Assembly: GCA_965116555.1 (NCBI GenBank)
Contig: OZ220698.1
Coordinates: 1,705,011 to 1,769,010 of the forward strand
From: Dehalococcoidia bacterium
GTDB taxonomy: Bacteria; Chloroflexota; Dehalococcoidia; Lucifugimonadales; QGNO01
Direction: 5' to 3'
Length of the DNA stretch: 64,000 nucleotides
Shown: piece by piece, positions 20,838-29,909 of the stretch
Layout of the letters: the number at the start of each line of letters is the position of its first letter
Numbering within the stretch: the first letter of the stretch is position 1
The notes under the pieces: generated by a model
What the model was told of the DNA's origin: nothing
The model's database searches: none
Seen by the model: only the letters and a program-made list of their open reading frames with translations
Translations under genes and position numbers: made by a program

Positions 20838-21782
20838 CTAGTGGCCTTCCTCCGCTTCATGCTCATGAGGCGTAACCGCCGTGGTCACGAATACCAGCGT
20901 GAGACCGGCGAATATCAACGCCTGTATGAACCCAACCAGCAACTCCAATCCATAGAACGGCAGCGAGAACGCAAACGGTATCAGGAAGGCCGTGACCAGC
21001 AGCAATATCTCACCGGCGGTCATGTTCCCAAACAACCTGAACGTAAAGCTCACTATGCGTATGAACTCGCTCAACGCTTCCAGCAATCCGACGAATACGT
21101 CTATGACCCCTTCAAATATGCGGCCCTTGAGCAACGCGCCGAACCGGAAGAACTTCCCGAAATAAGACAGTCCCAAGGCTCTGATCCCCCAGAACTCTAC
21201 AAAGACAAAGGAGACCAGCGCAAGCGCAAGCGGCATGTTCAGATCGGTGCCTGCGGGGCGCAGCGCGTGACGCGCCAGATGGTCGCCTTCCACAACGCCA
21301 AAGCTCTGGTAAATGGGCAACAAGCCCAGCCAGGCGTTCACTATCACGTACAAGAAGATAGTGGCAAACAGGGGAAAGAAAGGCCTGGCGTACCGGGGCC
21401 CGGCCACGCTCTCCACAAAGCCGTACATCCCGCTGATTATGGACTCCACAAAATTCTGCAACCCCCTGGGAGGTTTGTCAGAGCTTATGTTGCGCGTGCC
21501 AAAGTAGAAGAGGAGTATCAGCACTGTGCTTGCCACCAAAGAGGAGAGAATGGTGTTGGTGGGTATCAAGCGGTTGGGCAGCTTGTGAAGCTCCTTAGCT
21601 TCCTTGGCGTCCGCCTCCAGCAAGGGTTGCGGAGGAAGGTGGACTTCAGGGGTGGGAAGGAACGGTTTCCCGTCCTCGCCTCCAAAGAGAGCGGTTCCTA
21701 TGGCTCCTATTATGAATCCAAAAACAAAGAGGGCTAGAAGGGCTAGGCCAAGGACTTTTATCAGGTTCTTAGTTTCCATCAC
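20838..21782 (-). CDS. atpB: Fo ATP synthase subunit a
   Basis: 314 aa polytopic protein with the conserved FRLFGNMTAGE arginine motif. Confidence 0.95.
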   Translation of the reverse strand: MMETKNLIKVLGLALLALFVFGFIIGAIGTALFGGEDGKPFLPTPEVHLPPQPLLEADAKEAKELHKLPNRLIPTNTILSSLVASTVLILLFYFGTRNISSDKPPRGLQNFVESIISGMYGFVESVAGPRYARPFFPLFATIFLYVIVNAWLGLLPIYQSFGVVEGDHLARHALRPAGTDLNMPLALALVSFVFVEFWGIRALGLSYFGKFFRFGALLKGRIFEGVIDVFVGLLEALSEFIRIVSFTFRLFGNMTAGEILLLVTAFLIPFAFSLPFYGLELLVGFIQALIFAGLTLVFVTTAVTPHEHEAEEGH

Positions 21783-22009
21783 TGGTCGTCTGTCTGCCCA
21801 TTCACGTTGAAGAGAGGCTCAACCATTCTGTACAGCCCGTAAAATGCAGCCACGCTGCCCAGCAAGACTCCCAGCAACGTGAATAGGGGAAGGGTGCCCA
21901 TCCTGTTGTCCAGCCAAAGCCCTCCGACTACGCCAAGTATAATGGCAATCGCCACGTACCAACCAAGTCCAAGCAGCCGCATGGCGATGACAAACCCACG
22001 CCTATTCAT
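21779..22009 (-). CDS. atpZ: AtpZ/AtpI-family small membrane protein
   Basis: MNRRGFVIAMRLLGLGWYVAIAIILGVVGGLWLD...; two TM helices. GGGGGAGG SD upstream and a 4-nt overlap with atpB. The upstream part of the 155-aa track ORF is repeat DNA. Confidence 0.7.
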   Translation of the reverse strand: MNRRGFVIAMRLLGLGWYVAIAIILGVVGGLWLDNRMGTLPLFTLLGVLLGSVAAFYGLYRMVEPLFNVNGQTDDQ

Positions 22010-22032
22010 GCCTCCCCCGTCAGACTTTGCGA

Positions 22033-22060
22033 AGTTTATCACATATCCACTTACTGTCAA
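22033..22060 (-). promoter_or_regulatory. Candidate promoter of the atp operon
   Basis: On the minus strand: TTGACA (22060..22055), a 16-nt spacer, then TAAACT (22038..22033), about 25 nt upstream of the atpZ start. Confidence 0.4.
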
Positions 22061-22091
22061 CGCCGCTGCCGGGCAATCCCCTACTCCAAAC

Positions 22092-22245
22092 CGTCTTTTC
22101 CGCGCAGGCGGGAAACTAGGGGGTGGGGCGTGGCTGCCCGCTTGCCGGTCTCCCCGCTCACTCCCTTCGACTATGCTCATGGTGAGCTTGTCGAACCATA
22201 TGAGCGGAGACGGGATTACCCTTATGCCCGCTTGCCCGCCGTTCA
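22092..22245. repeat. Hairpin repeat module locus
   Basis: Modules present: cgtcttttccgcgcaggcgggaaactaggg; ctcactcccttcgac (reverse of 51309..51323); gctcatggtgagcttgtcgaaccatatgagcggagac (same as 55214..55273 without the insert); tgcccgcttgcccgc (same as 53731..53745). Confidence 0.75.
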
Positions 22246-22270
22246 CGTAGAAGATAAGGTTCTACCCGTT

Positions 22271-23719
22271 ATGAAGACCATCGGCCTTGACTTTGGTACT
22301 GAAAGCGTACGCGGGGTTCTGGTGGACGTGGAGAGCGGCGAAGAGATATCCACAGCCGTCTCGGAGTACGAACACGGCGTCATCGATGGCAAGTACCATG
22401 ACCCGGACGACTACCTTAACTCCATGGACTCCGTCCTCAGAGAGCTTGGCCCTTCGGACGCTATAGGCGTAGATGCCACGGCCTGCAGCGTCCTGCCCTG
22501 CAAGGCGGACGGGACGCCGCTTTCCCGCCTATCGGACGACCCTCTCTCATTGGTGAAGATCTGGAAGAACCACGACGCTCAGCCCCAGGCCGACCGCTTG
22601 AACGAGCTGGCGTTGCAGCGCGACGAACCGTGGCTTCCCCGCTACGGGCGCGTATCCAGCGAGTGGTTCTTCCCCAAGGTCTTGCACACGCTGGAAGAAG
22701 CCCCCGCCGTCTACCAACAAGCCGACAGGTTCATTGAGAAGGCGGACTGGATTGTCTGGCAGCTCACCGGCAGGGAGACCAGGAACGCCTGCGCCGCCGG
22801 GTACAAAGCCATGTGGCACAAGCGAGACGGCTTCCCATCCGATAGCTTCTTTGAATCGCTTCACCCGTCTCTGGCGGGCGTTGTATGGGAGAAGACCGGC
22901 TCGAACATACTGCCGGTGGGCGCGCCCGCTGGACGGGCCGGTAAGTACGGAGACGCCTTGGTGGCGGTGGGCACCGTGGACGCCCACGCCGCCGTGCCCG
23001 CGGCCGGAATCACGGAGCCGGGCGCAATGCTGCTTGTCATGGGCACCAGCCTCTGCCATTTGACCCTGGCCAGTGAAGAGGTGCAGGTCATTGGAATGTG
23101 CGGAGCGGTGGAAGACGGCATCCTCCCCGGGTACTTTGGCTACGAATCGGGCCAGGCGGCGGTAGGCGATATGTTCGCCTGGTTCTCGCAGCAGTTCAAC
23201 CTTCCCCACAGAGGCTCAGACGAACCTAGCTTCCTGGTGGCCCTCGACTGGTGGAACGGCAGCAGGGAGCTGCAAAGGGCTGACCTCAGCGGCGTGCTGG
23301 TGGGTCTCACCCTGGACACCACGCCGGAGGAGATATACCGGGCGCTGGTTGAATCGGCGGCCTTTGGGACAAGACGAATCATCGAGTCCTATGAAGCGGC
23401 AGGGCTTCCCATAGCCGAGCTGAGGGCCTCCGGGGGAATCTCTGAACAAAACCCGTTCATCATGCAGCTATTCGCAGACGTGACGGGAAGGAGAATACGG
23501 ATAGCCAGGACCAGCCAGGCATCGGCGGTGGGCAGCGCTATGCTGGCCGCGATGGCGGCGGGAGCCTCGCCTCACAACATGGGCGGCGTGGGCCGGCAGG
23601 AATACCTGCCCGATTCCACCACCAAGAAGCGCTACGACGAGCTTTATTCCATATACACCGACCTCCACGAAAAGTTCAGCGACGGTGTCATCATGGCGAA
23701 GCTAAAGGAGGGCAGTTGA
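22271..23719 (+). CDS. FGGY-family carbohydrate kinase, ribulokinase-like
   Basis: MKTIGLDFGTESVRGVLVD...YEHGVID resembles the AraB N-terminus, with FGGY C-terminal motifs. The start is set at ATG 22271 because the upstream part of the track ORF is repeat DNA. Confidence 0.85.
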   Translation: MKTIGLDFGTESVRGVLVDVESGEEISTAVSEYEHGVIDGKYHDPDDYLNSMDSVLRELGPSDAIGVDATACSVLPCKADGTPLSRLSDDPLSLVKIWKNHDAQPQADRLNELALQRDEPWLPRYGRVSSEWFFPKVLHTLEEAPAVYQQADRFIEKADWIVWQLTGRETRNACAAGYKAMWHKRDGFPSDSFFESLHPSLAGVVWEKTGSNILPVGAPAGRAGKYGDALVAVGTVDAHAAVPAAGITEPGAMLLVMGTSLCHLTLASEEVQVIGMCGAVEDGILPGYFGYESGQAAVGDMFAWFSQQFNLPHRGSDEPSFLVALDWWNGSRELQRADLSGVLVGLTLDTTPEEIYRALVESAAFGTRRIIESYEAAGLPIAELRASGGISEQNPFIMQLFADVTGRRIRIARTSQASAVGSAMLAAMAAGASPHNMGGVGRQEYLPDSTTKKRYDELYSIYTDLHEKFSDGVIMAKLKEGS

Positions 23720-23723
23720 CACC

Positions 23724-25253
23724 ATGAAACAGAGAATCGCTCTATTCTGGCCCGGGGACTACAGGGACAAGCCCAACGAATGGGCGCTTCCCGGCGTGGA
23801 AGAGGCCACCGCACAGCTTGAGAAAGCCCTGGAAAAGCTGGGCTACTCTCCCTACCGTGTGGAGGGGTTCATAAGCAGACCGCATCAGTCCATAGAGAAG
23901 CTGGGCCCCATAGACGACCCTATAATCGGTGTCTGCACCCACTGGTTGTACGGCCCTCACACCACCGATGGCGTTGTGGGCAAGAACACTCCCCTGCTGC
24001 TGGCAAGCAATTTCTCCGGCCAGTGGCCGGGGCTGGTTGGCCTGCTGAACACCGGCGCCTGCCTGGAAAGCGTTGACCGGCAATTCTCCAGAGTCTGGAC
24101 GGACGCCCAGGACTGGACCGCCGATGAACAGTTCATGTCCAGGCTGGAAGAGTGGTGCTCCAGCGGAGCTATCGCCTACTCTGAAGACGAGCTCTCATAT
24201 CAGACCGGCGTCTCCCCCGGCGCCGAGGCCATCGCCAAGACCGTTGAGCAGGGTATACGGGACAGGCGGGTGCTGGCCCTGATGCTCGGCGACACCTCAA
24301 TGGGCATGATCAACGGCTACTTCGGACCGCGTCTGCTCAATCCCATCGGGTTCACCGAGCACAAAGTCGACCAAGCCTGGATTATAGACCGTGGCAGGAG
24401 CATCTCCGACAAGCGAATAGAGGACGCCTACCGGTTCGTCAGGAGCAACGGGGTCACCTTCCACTACGGAATAGAAGGCGCGGAGGACTTCGACGAAAAC
24501 GCCACCAGGGAGCAGCTGCGCGACTACCTGACCGTCCTGGACATGATCGACGAGTTCAAGGCGGACTGTCTGGGCTGGCAGTACCAGCTAGGTCTCCTCA
24601 ACCTCCGTCCACCGTCCGACTTCGCGGAGGGGCTGCTGAATTCGGTATGCAGGCCGGAGTCCAACGGAGACACCGTTGCCACTGCCACCGAGGCCGACCA
24701 GGGCAACCTTGTGGCAATGGAGATGATGAAGCGCCTTCTCAAAGCCAAGGGTCTGCACCAGTCCGTTCTGTTCCACGACGTCCGCTGGGGCGCGGAGTAC
24801 GAAGGGCGGTTCATCTGGGTGCTGTTGAACTCGGGCTCCTCCGGGGCATACGCCTTCAACCACGACCCGGATACGTTGAGAGGAGTCCACTCCTACAGGC
24901 AGCCGTCGGGATACTTCCCCACCCCCGGCGGCACCTTCGCCGGAGAGAGCCTGCCCGGCGATATAACCTGGTCTCGCGCCTATCTCAAGGACGGCAAGCT
25001 CTGGATGGATATCGGCAGAGGAGAGGTGGTGAAGCTGCCGGAACAGGTGCGCGACGAATGGTGGAACGGCACCACCAGGGAGTGGCCGTTCATGGCAACC
25101 GACATGGGCATCAGCCGGGAAACCCTCATGGCGCACTATCTGAGCAACCACGTTGCCGTAGCCTACGGCGACATATTCCAGGAGATGGCGGCATTGAGCC
25201 AGGCGCTTGGCTTTCAGGTCAGGATACTCGGCAAGGCAGAGGAGGGAGCATGA
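23724..25253 (+). CDS. Putative sugar isomerase (L-fucose / L-arabinose isomerase superfamily)
   Basis: 509 aa. Placed by context next to the FGGY kinase and by overall resemblance by eye to COG2407-type isomerases. No diagnostic motif was verified. Confidence 0.5.
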   Translation: MKQRIALFWPGDYRDKPNEWALPGVEEATAQLEKALEKLGYSPYRVEGFISRPHQSIEKLGPIDDPIIGVCTHWLYGPHTTDGVVGKNTPLLLASNFSGQWPGLVGLLNTGACLESVDRQFSRVWTDAQDWTADEQFMSRLEEWCSSGAIAYSEDELSYQTGVSPGAEAIAKTVEQGIRDRRVLALMLGDTSMGMINGYFGPRLLNPIGFTEHKVDQAWIIDRGRSISDKRIEDAYRFVRSNGVTFHYGIEGAEDFDENATREQLRDYLTVLDMIDEFKADCLGWQYQLGLLNLRPPSDFAEGLLNSVCRPESNGDTVATATEADQGNLVAMEMMKRLLKAKGLHQSVLFHDVRWGAEYEGRFIWVLLNSGSSGAYAFNHDPDTLRGVHSYRQPSGYFPTPGGTFAGESLPGDITWSRAYLKDGKLWMDIGRGEVVKLPEQVRDEWWNGTTREWPFMATDMGISRETLMAHYLSNHVAVAYGDIFQEMAALSQALGFQVRILGKAEEGA

Positions 25254-25993
25254 GGATTCTAGTCGCAGGCGAATCATGGGTTACGCACACCGTCCACATC
25301 AAGGGTTTCGATAGCTTTGTCACAAACGGCTACGAAGAAGGCGTGGGCTGGTTGAAGGCCGCTCTGGAGAAAGCGGGGCACGACGTGCACCACATGCCCA
25401 ATCACCTGGTGGCGACCGATTTCCCGTCCACGGTGGAGTCCCTGCGCCAGTACGAGGTGGTGATGCTCAGCGACTGTGGCAGCAACACACTGCTTCACCA
25501 TCCCGATTCGTTCATCAAGTCTCAGAAGACTCCCAACCGCCTCCATGCCATACGCGACTATGTATCCGGCGGGGGAGCCATAGTCATGATAGGCGGCTAT
25601 ATGACGTTCCAGGGCATCGACGGCAGAGCCAGGTATCACGGCACGCCGGTGGAAGAAGCGCTGCCCGTGACCATAGGCCAGGTGGATGACCGCGTCGAGA
25701 TCCCTGAAGGCGTCGTTCCCCTGGTGACCAACTCCGAACACCCCGTCCTTAGCGGCATCGACGGCGAGTGGCCCGCCTTCTTGGGCTACAACAGGGTTGC
25801 CGCCCGTCCGGACGCTGATGTCCTGGCAACCGCCGGCGACGACCCGTTTCTCGTCGTCTGGCAGTACGGCAAAGGACGGTCTGCCGCCTTCGCTTCCGAC
25901 TGCGGGCCGCACTGGGGCCCGGAGGAGTACCTGAACTGGCGCCACCACGACCGGCTATGGGCACAGCTGGTCGCCTGGCTGGCCAAAGGATAG
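25250..25993 (+). CDS. ThuA/DUF1355-like class-I glutamine-amidotransferase-fold protein
   Basis: 247 aa, MRILVAGESWVTHTVHIKGFDSF...VVMLSDCGSNTLL...GGGAIVMIGGYMTFQG. The ATG overlaps the upstream stop (ATGA). Confidence 0.55.
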   Translation: MRILVAGESWVTHTVHIKGFDSFVTNGYEEGVGWLKAALEKAGHDVHHMPNHLVATDFPSTVESLRQYEVVMLSDCGSNTLLHHPDSFIKSQKTPNRLHAIRDYVSGGGAIVMIGGYMTFQGIDGRARYHGTPVEEALPVTIGQVDDRVEIPEGVVPLVTNSEHPVLSGIDGEWPAFLGYNRVAARPDADVLATAGDDPFLVVWQYGKGRSAAFASDCGPHWGPEEYLNWRHHDRLWAQLVAWLAKG

Positions 25994-26000
25994 GGACTAC

Positions 26001-26262
26001 CCCCACCGTCATACCCGCACAGCTTACGCGCCTCCGTCTTGCCCGCGCAGGCGGGCATCCAGGGGCGGCGGTGTGGGCTCCCGTCTACACTGGAGCGACG
26101 GTTTGGGATGCTTCGTCGGCGGGGGTGGTCCTAGTGCGGACGGGGTTCAACCGACTCCTCAGCATGACAGCGCCTCCGTCTCCCCCCTGGGTTCCCGTCT
26201 TCACGGGAACGACGGTTATTACGTCATGCCCGTGGCCCTACCCGTCTTGCCCGCAAACCGAG
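26001..26262. repeat. Hairpin repeat module locus
   Basis: Modules present: cgtcttgcccgcgcaggcgggcatccagg (26035); ggctcccgtctacactggagcgacg (26076, near-identical to 58386); ttcccgtcttcacgggaacgac (26192); cccgtcttgcccgc (26241). Confidence 0.75.
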
Positions 26263-26263
26263 A

Positions 26264-26689
26264 CTAGCCTGAGGCGGTCTGGCCTTCCATGCCTACCCAT
26301 ACCTCGCCGCCCTCAAAGACCTCTTTCTTCCAGATGGGCACGTTCTCTTTGATGCGGTTTACCACGTACTGGCACGCCGAGAATGCCTCGGCGCGGTGCG
26401 GCGAGGCCGTTGCCACCACCAGGCTGACTTCGCCCACCTCCATACGCCCCAGGCGGTGCGCAATTGATACTTCGGTGTCGTCCCAGCGCTCGACCACCTC
26501 ACCGGCGATGCGGGCCAGCATCTTCTCGGCCATCTCTTCGTAGGCTTCGTATTCAAGGTGAAGAACGCGCTTGCCGCCCGTGTGGTTGCGCACCGTTCCC
26601 AGGAAGGTGACCACGCCGCCCTTGTCAGGCGCGCGCACCGTGGCCGTTATCTCATCGGGGTCCAAGACGTCCCGGCTAATCCTGATCAC
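26264..26689 (-). CDS. moaE: Molybdopterin synthase catalytic subunit MoaE
   Basis: 141 aa with GGVVTFLGTVRN, LEYEAYEEMA and PIWKKE motifs. GTG start overlaps the moaD stop. Confidence 0.9.
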   Translation of the reverse strand: MIRISRDVLDPDEITATVRAPDKGGVVTFLGTVRNHTGGKRVLHLEYEAYEEMAEKMLARIAGEVVERWDDTEVSIAHRLGRMEVGEVSLVVATASPHRAEAFSACQYVVNRIKENVPIWKKEVFEGGEVWVGMEGQTASG

Positions 26690-26937
26690 AAACCACCTCC
26701 GCTGACCGGCGGTATGAAGGCTATTTCGTCGCCCTCCTGGATGGGGTGGTCTTCGGAAACGTACTCGGCGTTGACCGCTATCATAATGGGAACGCCGCTC
26801 TTGGTCATGCCTGCGTAACGCCTATCCAGCTCTCTCACCACGTGCGCCACCGTGGCCGTCTCCGGCAGGTCCAACTCAATTTCCGATTCGCCTGCCATCT
26901 CTCTGAGAGCGGCAAACAACTTGACTCGCGCTTTCAT
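26686..26937 (-). CDS. moaD: Molybdopterin synthase sulfur-carrier subunit MoaD
   Basis: 83 aa ubiquitin-like protein, MKARVKLFAALREMAG...GDEIAFIPPVSGGGL. Note the C-terminus extends beyond the usual terminal GG. Confidence 0.85.
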   Translation of the reverse strand: MKARVKLFAALREMAGESEIELDLPETATVAHVVRELDRRYAGMTKSGVPIMIAVNAEYVSEDHPIQEGDEIAFIPPVSGGGL

Positions 26938-26995
26938 CCTGCTGCGTATTATAGCTTGGACGAAGGCGCTCTTCACGCGCTAAATGGGCGAAGGA

Positions 26996-27847
26996 TCAGT
27001 AATCGACCGCGAGGCTGCGATCGACCCTCGGCGTCCTCCACACATTCTTCCATACGGCCGCTACTGCGAAGGCGGCTGTCGCAACCAGGGCCATGGCAGG
27101 CCCGGAGGGCAGGTCAACGTGGAAGGACAGGTACAGACCGACGACTGCCGAGACGGCGCCTATCAGCGCGCCAATTATCATGACCTCTACGAACCTCTTG
27201 ACGAGCAGGTACGCCGCTGCCGCGGGGGTTATCAGCATTGCCATGACCAGGACTATCCCCGCCGCCTGAATGCCAATCACGATAACGAGGGCGAGGAGGG
27301 CAAGAAGCACGTATTCCACCAGTCCCGTCTTGATCCCAATCACCTTTGCCCCCACAGGGTCGAAGGTGGTGTATATAAGCTGACGGTGGAACGCATAGAG
27401 CCCCACCAGCACTACCGCGGCCAACGCCAGCGAAACGTAAACGTCCGTCCGAGATACGCCAAGCACCTGGCCAAGCAGTAAATCCTCGATGTTGACGTTG
27501 ATGTTGTCGGCGCTGGAGAGCATTACCAAGCCCAGGGCAAACATGCCGGCAAAGATGATGCCTATGGACGTGTCCTCGCTGACACCCGTGCGACGTGCCA
27601 CGGAACCCATGGATAGAGCGACTATGATTCCCGTGGGAACCGCTGCATAGAACGGGCTGATTCCCAACAGGAACGCGACAACCATGCCGGGCAGCACGGA
27701 GTGCGCCAGCGCATCGCCCATGAAGGCGCGTCCCCGCGTAATGACGTATGCGCCTAAAACCGGACACATCACGCCGACGAGCACGGACACGATCAGGGCC
27801 CGCACCATGAAGCTGTATTGGAACGGCTCAATGATGTAGTCAATCAT
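26996..27847 (-). CDS. Metal (Zn/Mn/Fe) ABC transporter permease, ABC-3 family (ZnuB/MntB/TroC-like)
   Basis: 283 aa polytopic protein with FMVRALIVSVLVG and GDALAHSVLPG motifs. Confidence 0.9.
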   Translation of the reverse strand: MIDYIIEPFQYSFMVRALIVSVLVGVMCPVLGAYVITRGRAFMGDALAHSVLPGMVVAFLLGISPFYAAVPTGIIVALSMGSVARRTGVSEDTSIGIIFAGMFALGLVMLSSADNINVNIEDLLLGQVLGVSRTDVYVSLALAAVVLVGLYAFHRQLIYTTFDPVGAKVIGIKTGLVEYVLLALLALVIVIGIQAAGIVLVMAMLITPAAAAYLLVKRFVEVMIIGALIGAVSAVVGLYLSFHVDLPSGPAMALVATAAFAVAAVWKNVWRTPRVDRSLAVDY

Positions 27848-28608
27848 CAGGCGCTCCTACCGGGACCGAAGTGGTTGGGATCGAATTCGATTCCGTGGGA
27901 CCCGTACATCTCTTCCATCACTTCCGGGGTGAACGCGTCCTCCGGAGGGCCGCAGGCGCATACGTGGTGGTTGATGCACAGGACCTGGTCGAACCGTTCC
28001 GCCAGATTGGTAAGGTCATGCGTGGCGAGGAGAACGACCCTTCCCTCGTCGCGCAGGGACTGGAGCACCTTTACAATCTCCTCCTGAGCGCCCACGTCAA
28101 CGCCGCTGAACGCCTCGTCCAGCAGAATCACGCTGGCCTCCTGGGCCAGGGCGCGCGCTATGAAGACCCTCTGGCGCTGGCCGCCGGACAGCTCGGTTAT
28201 GAGCGACGAGCGCTGTTCCCATAGTCCTACCCGCCCCAGACAGGACCGGACCATCTCTTTCTCTCTCTTGCCGGGCCGCCTGAACAGTCCAACGTTGCAA
28301 CAGCCCATGGTCACCACGTCCTGAACGGTGGCGGGGAAAATCCAGTTGATGGCGGCGCGTTGAGGGACGTACGCCAGCGCGCCCCGCGGAGTTGCCGCGC
28401 CTTTCATCGTCACCCTGCCCTCTGTTGTCTGCAAGACCCCCGCAATAACGTCGAACAGGGTGCTCTTGCCCGCGCCGTTGGGGCCCAAGACGCCCATCAG
28501 CGTGCCCGGCTTCACGTCGAAAGTAACGTCGGTCAACGCCTTGTGACCGCCGCGCACCACGGTTACGTCTTCGACGGCTATTTCCGGATCGAAGGTCATC
28601 ATCGCCAA
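27847..28608 (-). CDS. Metal ABC transporter ATP-binding protein (ZnuC/MntA/TroB-like)
   Basis: Walker A GPNGAGKST, signature LSGGQRQR, Walker B ILLDEAF. Overlaps the permease start. Confidence 0.9.
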   Translation of the reverse strand: MAMMTFDPEIAVEDVTVVRGGHKALTDVTFDVKPGTLMGVLGPNGAGKSTLFDVIAGVLQTTEGRVTMKGAATPRGALAYVPQRAAINWIFPATVQDVVTMGCCNVGLFRRPGKREKEMVRSCLGRVGLWEQRSSLITELSGGQRQRVFIARALAQEASVILLDEAFSGVDVGAQEEIVKVLQSLRDEGRVVLLATHDLTNLAERFDQVLCINHHVCACGPPEDAFTPEVMEEMYGSHGIEFDPNHFGPGRSA

Positions 28609-28643
28609 CTTCTTACCTCCAGCCTTAGCCTCTCACACTTGGT

Positions 28644-28662
28644 TATCATGATACTTAGTATC
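28644..28662. promoter_or_regulatory. Overlapping palindromes; candidate Fur/Zur-family operator of the metal ABC operon
   Basis: TATCATGATA (28644..28653) and GATACTTAGTATC (28650..28662) lie 36-54 nt upstream of the ATPase start in AT-rich DNA. Confidence 0.35.
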
Positions 28663-28733
28663 AATGAGCACGCCGAAACTAAAATTATCACTCTCCTTTG
28701 GAGAAAGTCAATAAAAGCTCAAGCCATCGGAGA

Positions 28734-28946
28734 TCAACTTGGATCCGGCTCTTGTGGAACCGCCGCCGCTGTGTGTTCCCTGATCCTGCGGTTCAAGACG
28801 CTCCGCTCCAGCAGCACCCTTCTATTGCATTCCAGGCACCTCAGCCCAATGTCCGCGCCAAGCCTGACCACCCTCCACTGGTAGCTGCCGCAGGGATGGG
28901 GTTTCTTCAGCCTCAATATGTCGTTTAGATGGTATTCCCTTACCAT
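28734..28946 (-). CDS. DUF951 family protein
   Basis: MVREYHLNDILRLKKPHPCGSYQWRVVRLGADIGLRCLECNRRVLLERSVL matches the DUF951 pattern. It overlaps the pyrF stop by 7 nt. Only the last 70 codons of the 206-aa track ORF are real. Confidence 0.75.
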   Translation of the reverse strand: MVREYHLNDILRLKKPHPCGSYQWRVVRLGADIGLRCLECNRRVLLERSVLNRRIREHTAAAVPQEPDPS

Positions 28947-29782
28947 GCAGCATCCACAGAGGCCAGAACCGCGTTGATGGCGTCTCGCAGGTCGGCGGTT
29001 GCCTTCCTTGCCGCTTCGGCAAAATCCTCTCCCCGCGAAGCGTATGTGATGCCCCGCGACGAGTTGACCAGGATGCGCCTGCCCTGGGCCGTGACGCCGT
29101 TCCTCACCGCTTCCTCCAACGCCCCCTCCTGAGGACCTATGCCGGGGATTAGAAACGGCATGTCGGGGCAGAGGGCCCGCACTTCTCGTATCTGCTCCGG
29201 GTACGTTGCTCCCAAGACCAGTCCGGCGTTCCCATGCCGGTCCCATTCCCCGACCTGCAGCGCCACCTGCTGATACAGAGGCCTTGCGCTGTCCGCGCCC
29301 GGCGAAACAACCAGGTCCTGAAGGTCGACGGCGCCGGGGTTGGATGAACGGCACAGGACGAAAACACCCCTGTCCGAATACTCCAGGAAAGGCTCCACAC
29401 CGTCCCTGCCGCAGTAGGCGTTTATCGTGACCGCGTCGAACCCCCAGTATTCGAACATCCCTTTGGCGTAGGCCGTGGCAGTGTTCCCAATATCGCCCCG
29501 TTTGCCATCGCCCAGCAGTATTACGCCGGGAGCCACGTCGCGTATGTGCTGAACCGTGCTCTCCAAAGCGTTCCAGCCGTCGAGACCCAGGGCCTCATAG
29601 AAGGCGAGGTTGGGCTTGTACGCGCCGACCAGGTCGTGAGTAGCGTCCACTATCGCCCTGTTGAACGCGGCAACGTCCTTTAGGGGCATCATGGTTGGGT
29701 CGGGATCAAGGCCCACGCACACAAGGCTTCTGCTAGCTTCGCAAGCGGAGTCCAGTCTTTGGGCAAAGGTGGTCGACATCAT
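28940..29782 (-). CDS. pyrF: Orotidine 5'-phosphate decarboxylase (type 2)
   Basis: LVCVGLDPD, KPNLAFYE and LLGDGKRGDIGNT motifs. The start is set at the ATGATG preceded by AGGAGA (29782/29779) rather than track position 29812. Confidence 0.9.
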   Translation of the reverse strand: MMSTTFAQRLDSACEASRSLVCVGLDPDPTMMPLKDVAAFNRAIVDATHDLVGAYKPNLAFYEALGLDGWNALESTVQHIRDVAPGVILLGDGKRGDIGNTATAYAKGMFEYWGFDAVTINAYCGRDGVEPFLEYSDRGVFVLCRSSNPGAVDLQDLVVSPGADSARPLYQQVALQVGEWDRHGNAGLVLGATYPEQIREVRALCPDMPFLIPGIGPQEGALEEAVRNGVTAQGRRILVNSSRGITYASRGEDFAEAARKATADLRDAINAVLASVDAAW

Positions 29783-29824
29783 CGTCTCCTGGTAGTGTAA
29801 TCTTACCGTCAACTGGCCGCAATG

Positions 29825-29858
29825 CTATCCCTGTTGAGCATGCTGAAACAAGGGATAG
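29825..29858. promoter_or_regulatory. 34-bp imperfect palindrome in the pyrF / endonuclease III-like divergent region
   Basis: CTATCCCTGTTGAGCATGCTGAAACAAGGGATAG has 8-bp perfect outer arms and a central GCATGC. Confidence 0.3.
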
Positions 29859-29909
29859 AGGCATGTATTTACCAGTGCGCTGGAATCAGAAAGACCGCCC
29901 TCACACGAT

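Noticed and set aside
22130-22270. N-terminal extensions of real genes through repeat or intergenic DNA (22130..22270, 24647..25249, 53615..53779, 55311..55361, 22010..22246 minus, 28947..29354 minus, 13978..14343 minus)
   Set aside because: The extensions consist of repeat-module translations or overlap neighbouring genes. Internal ATG/GTG starts with good SD sequences coincide with the conserved N-termini of the families.
26938-26995. Moco riboswitch upstream of moaD
   Set aside because: The gap is only 58 nt and shows none of the conserved Moco aptamer elements. moaD more likely reads through from the ABC permease gene.
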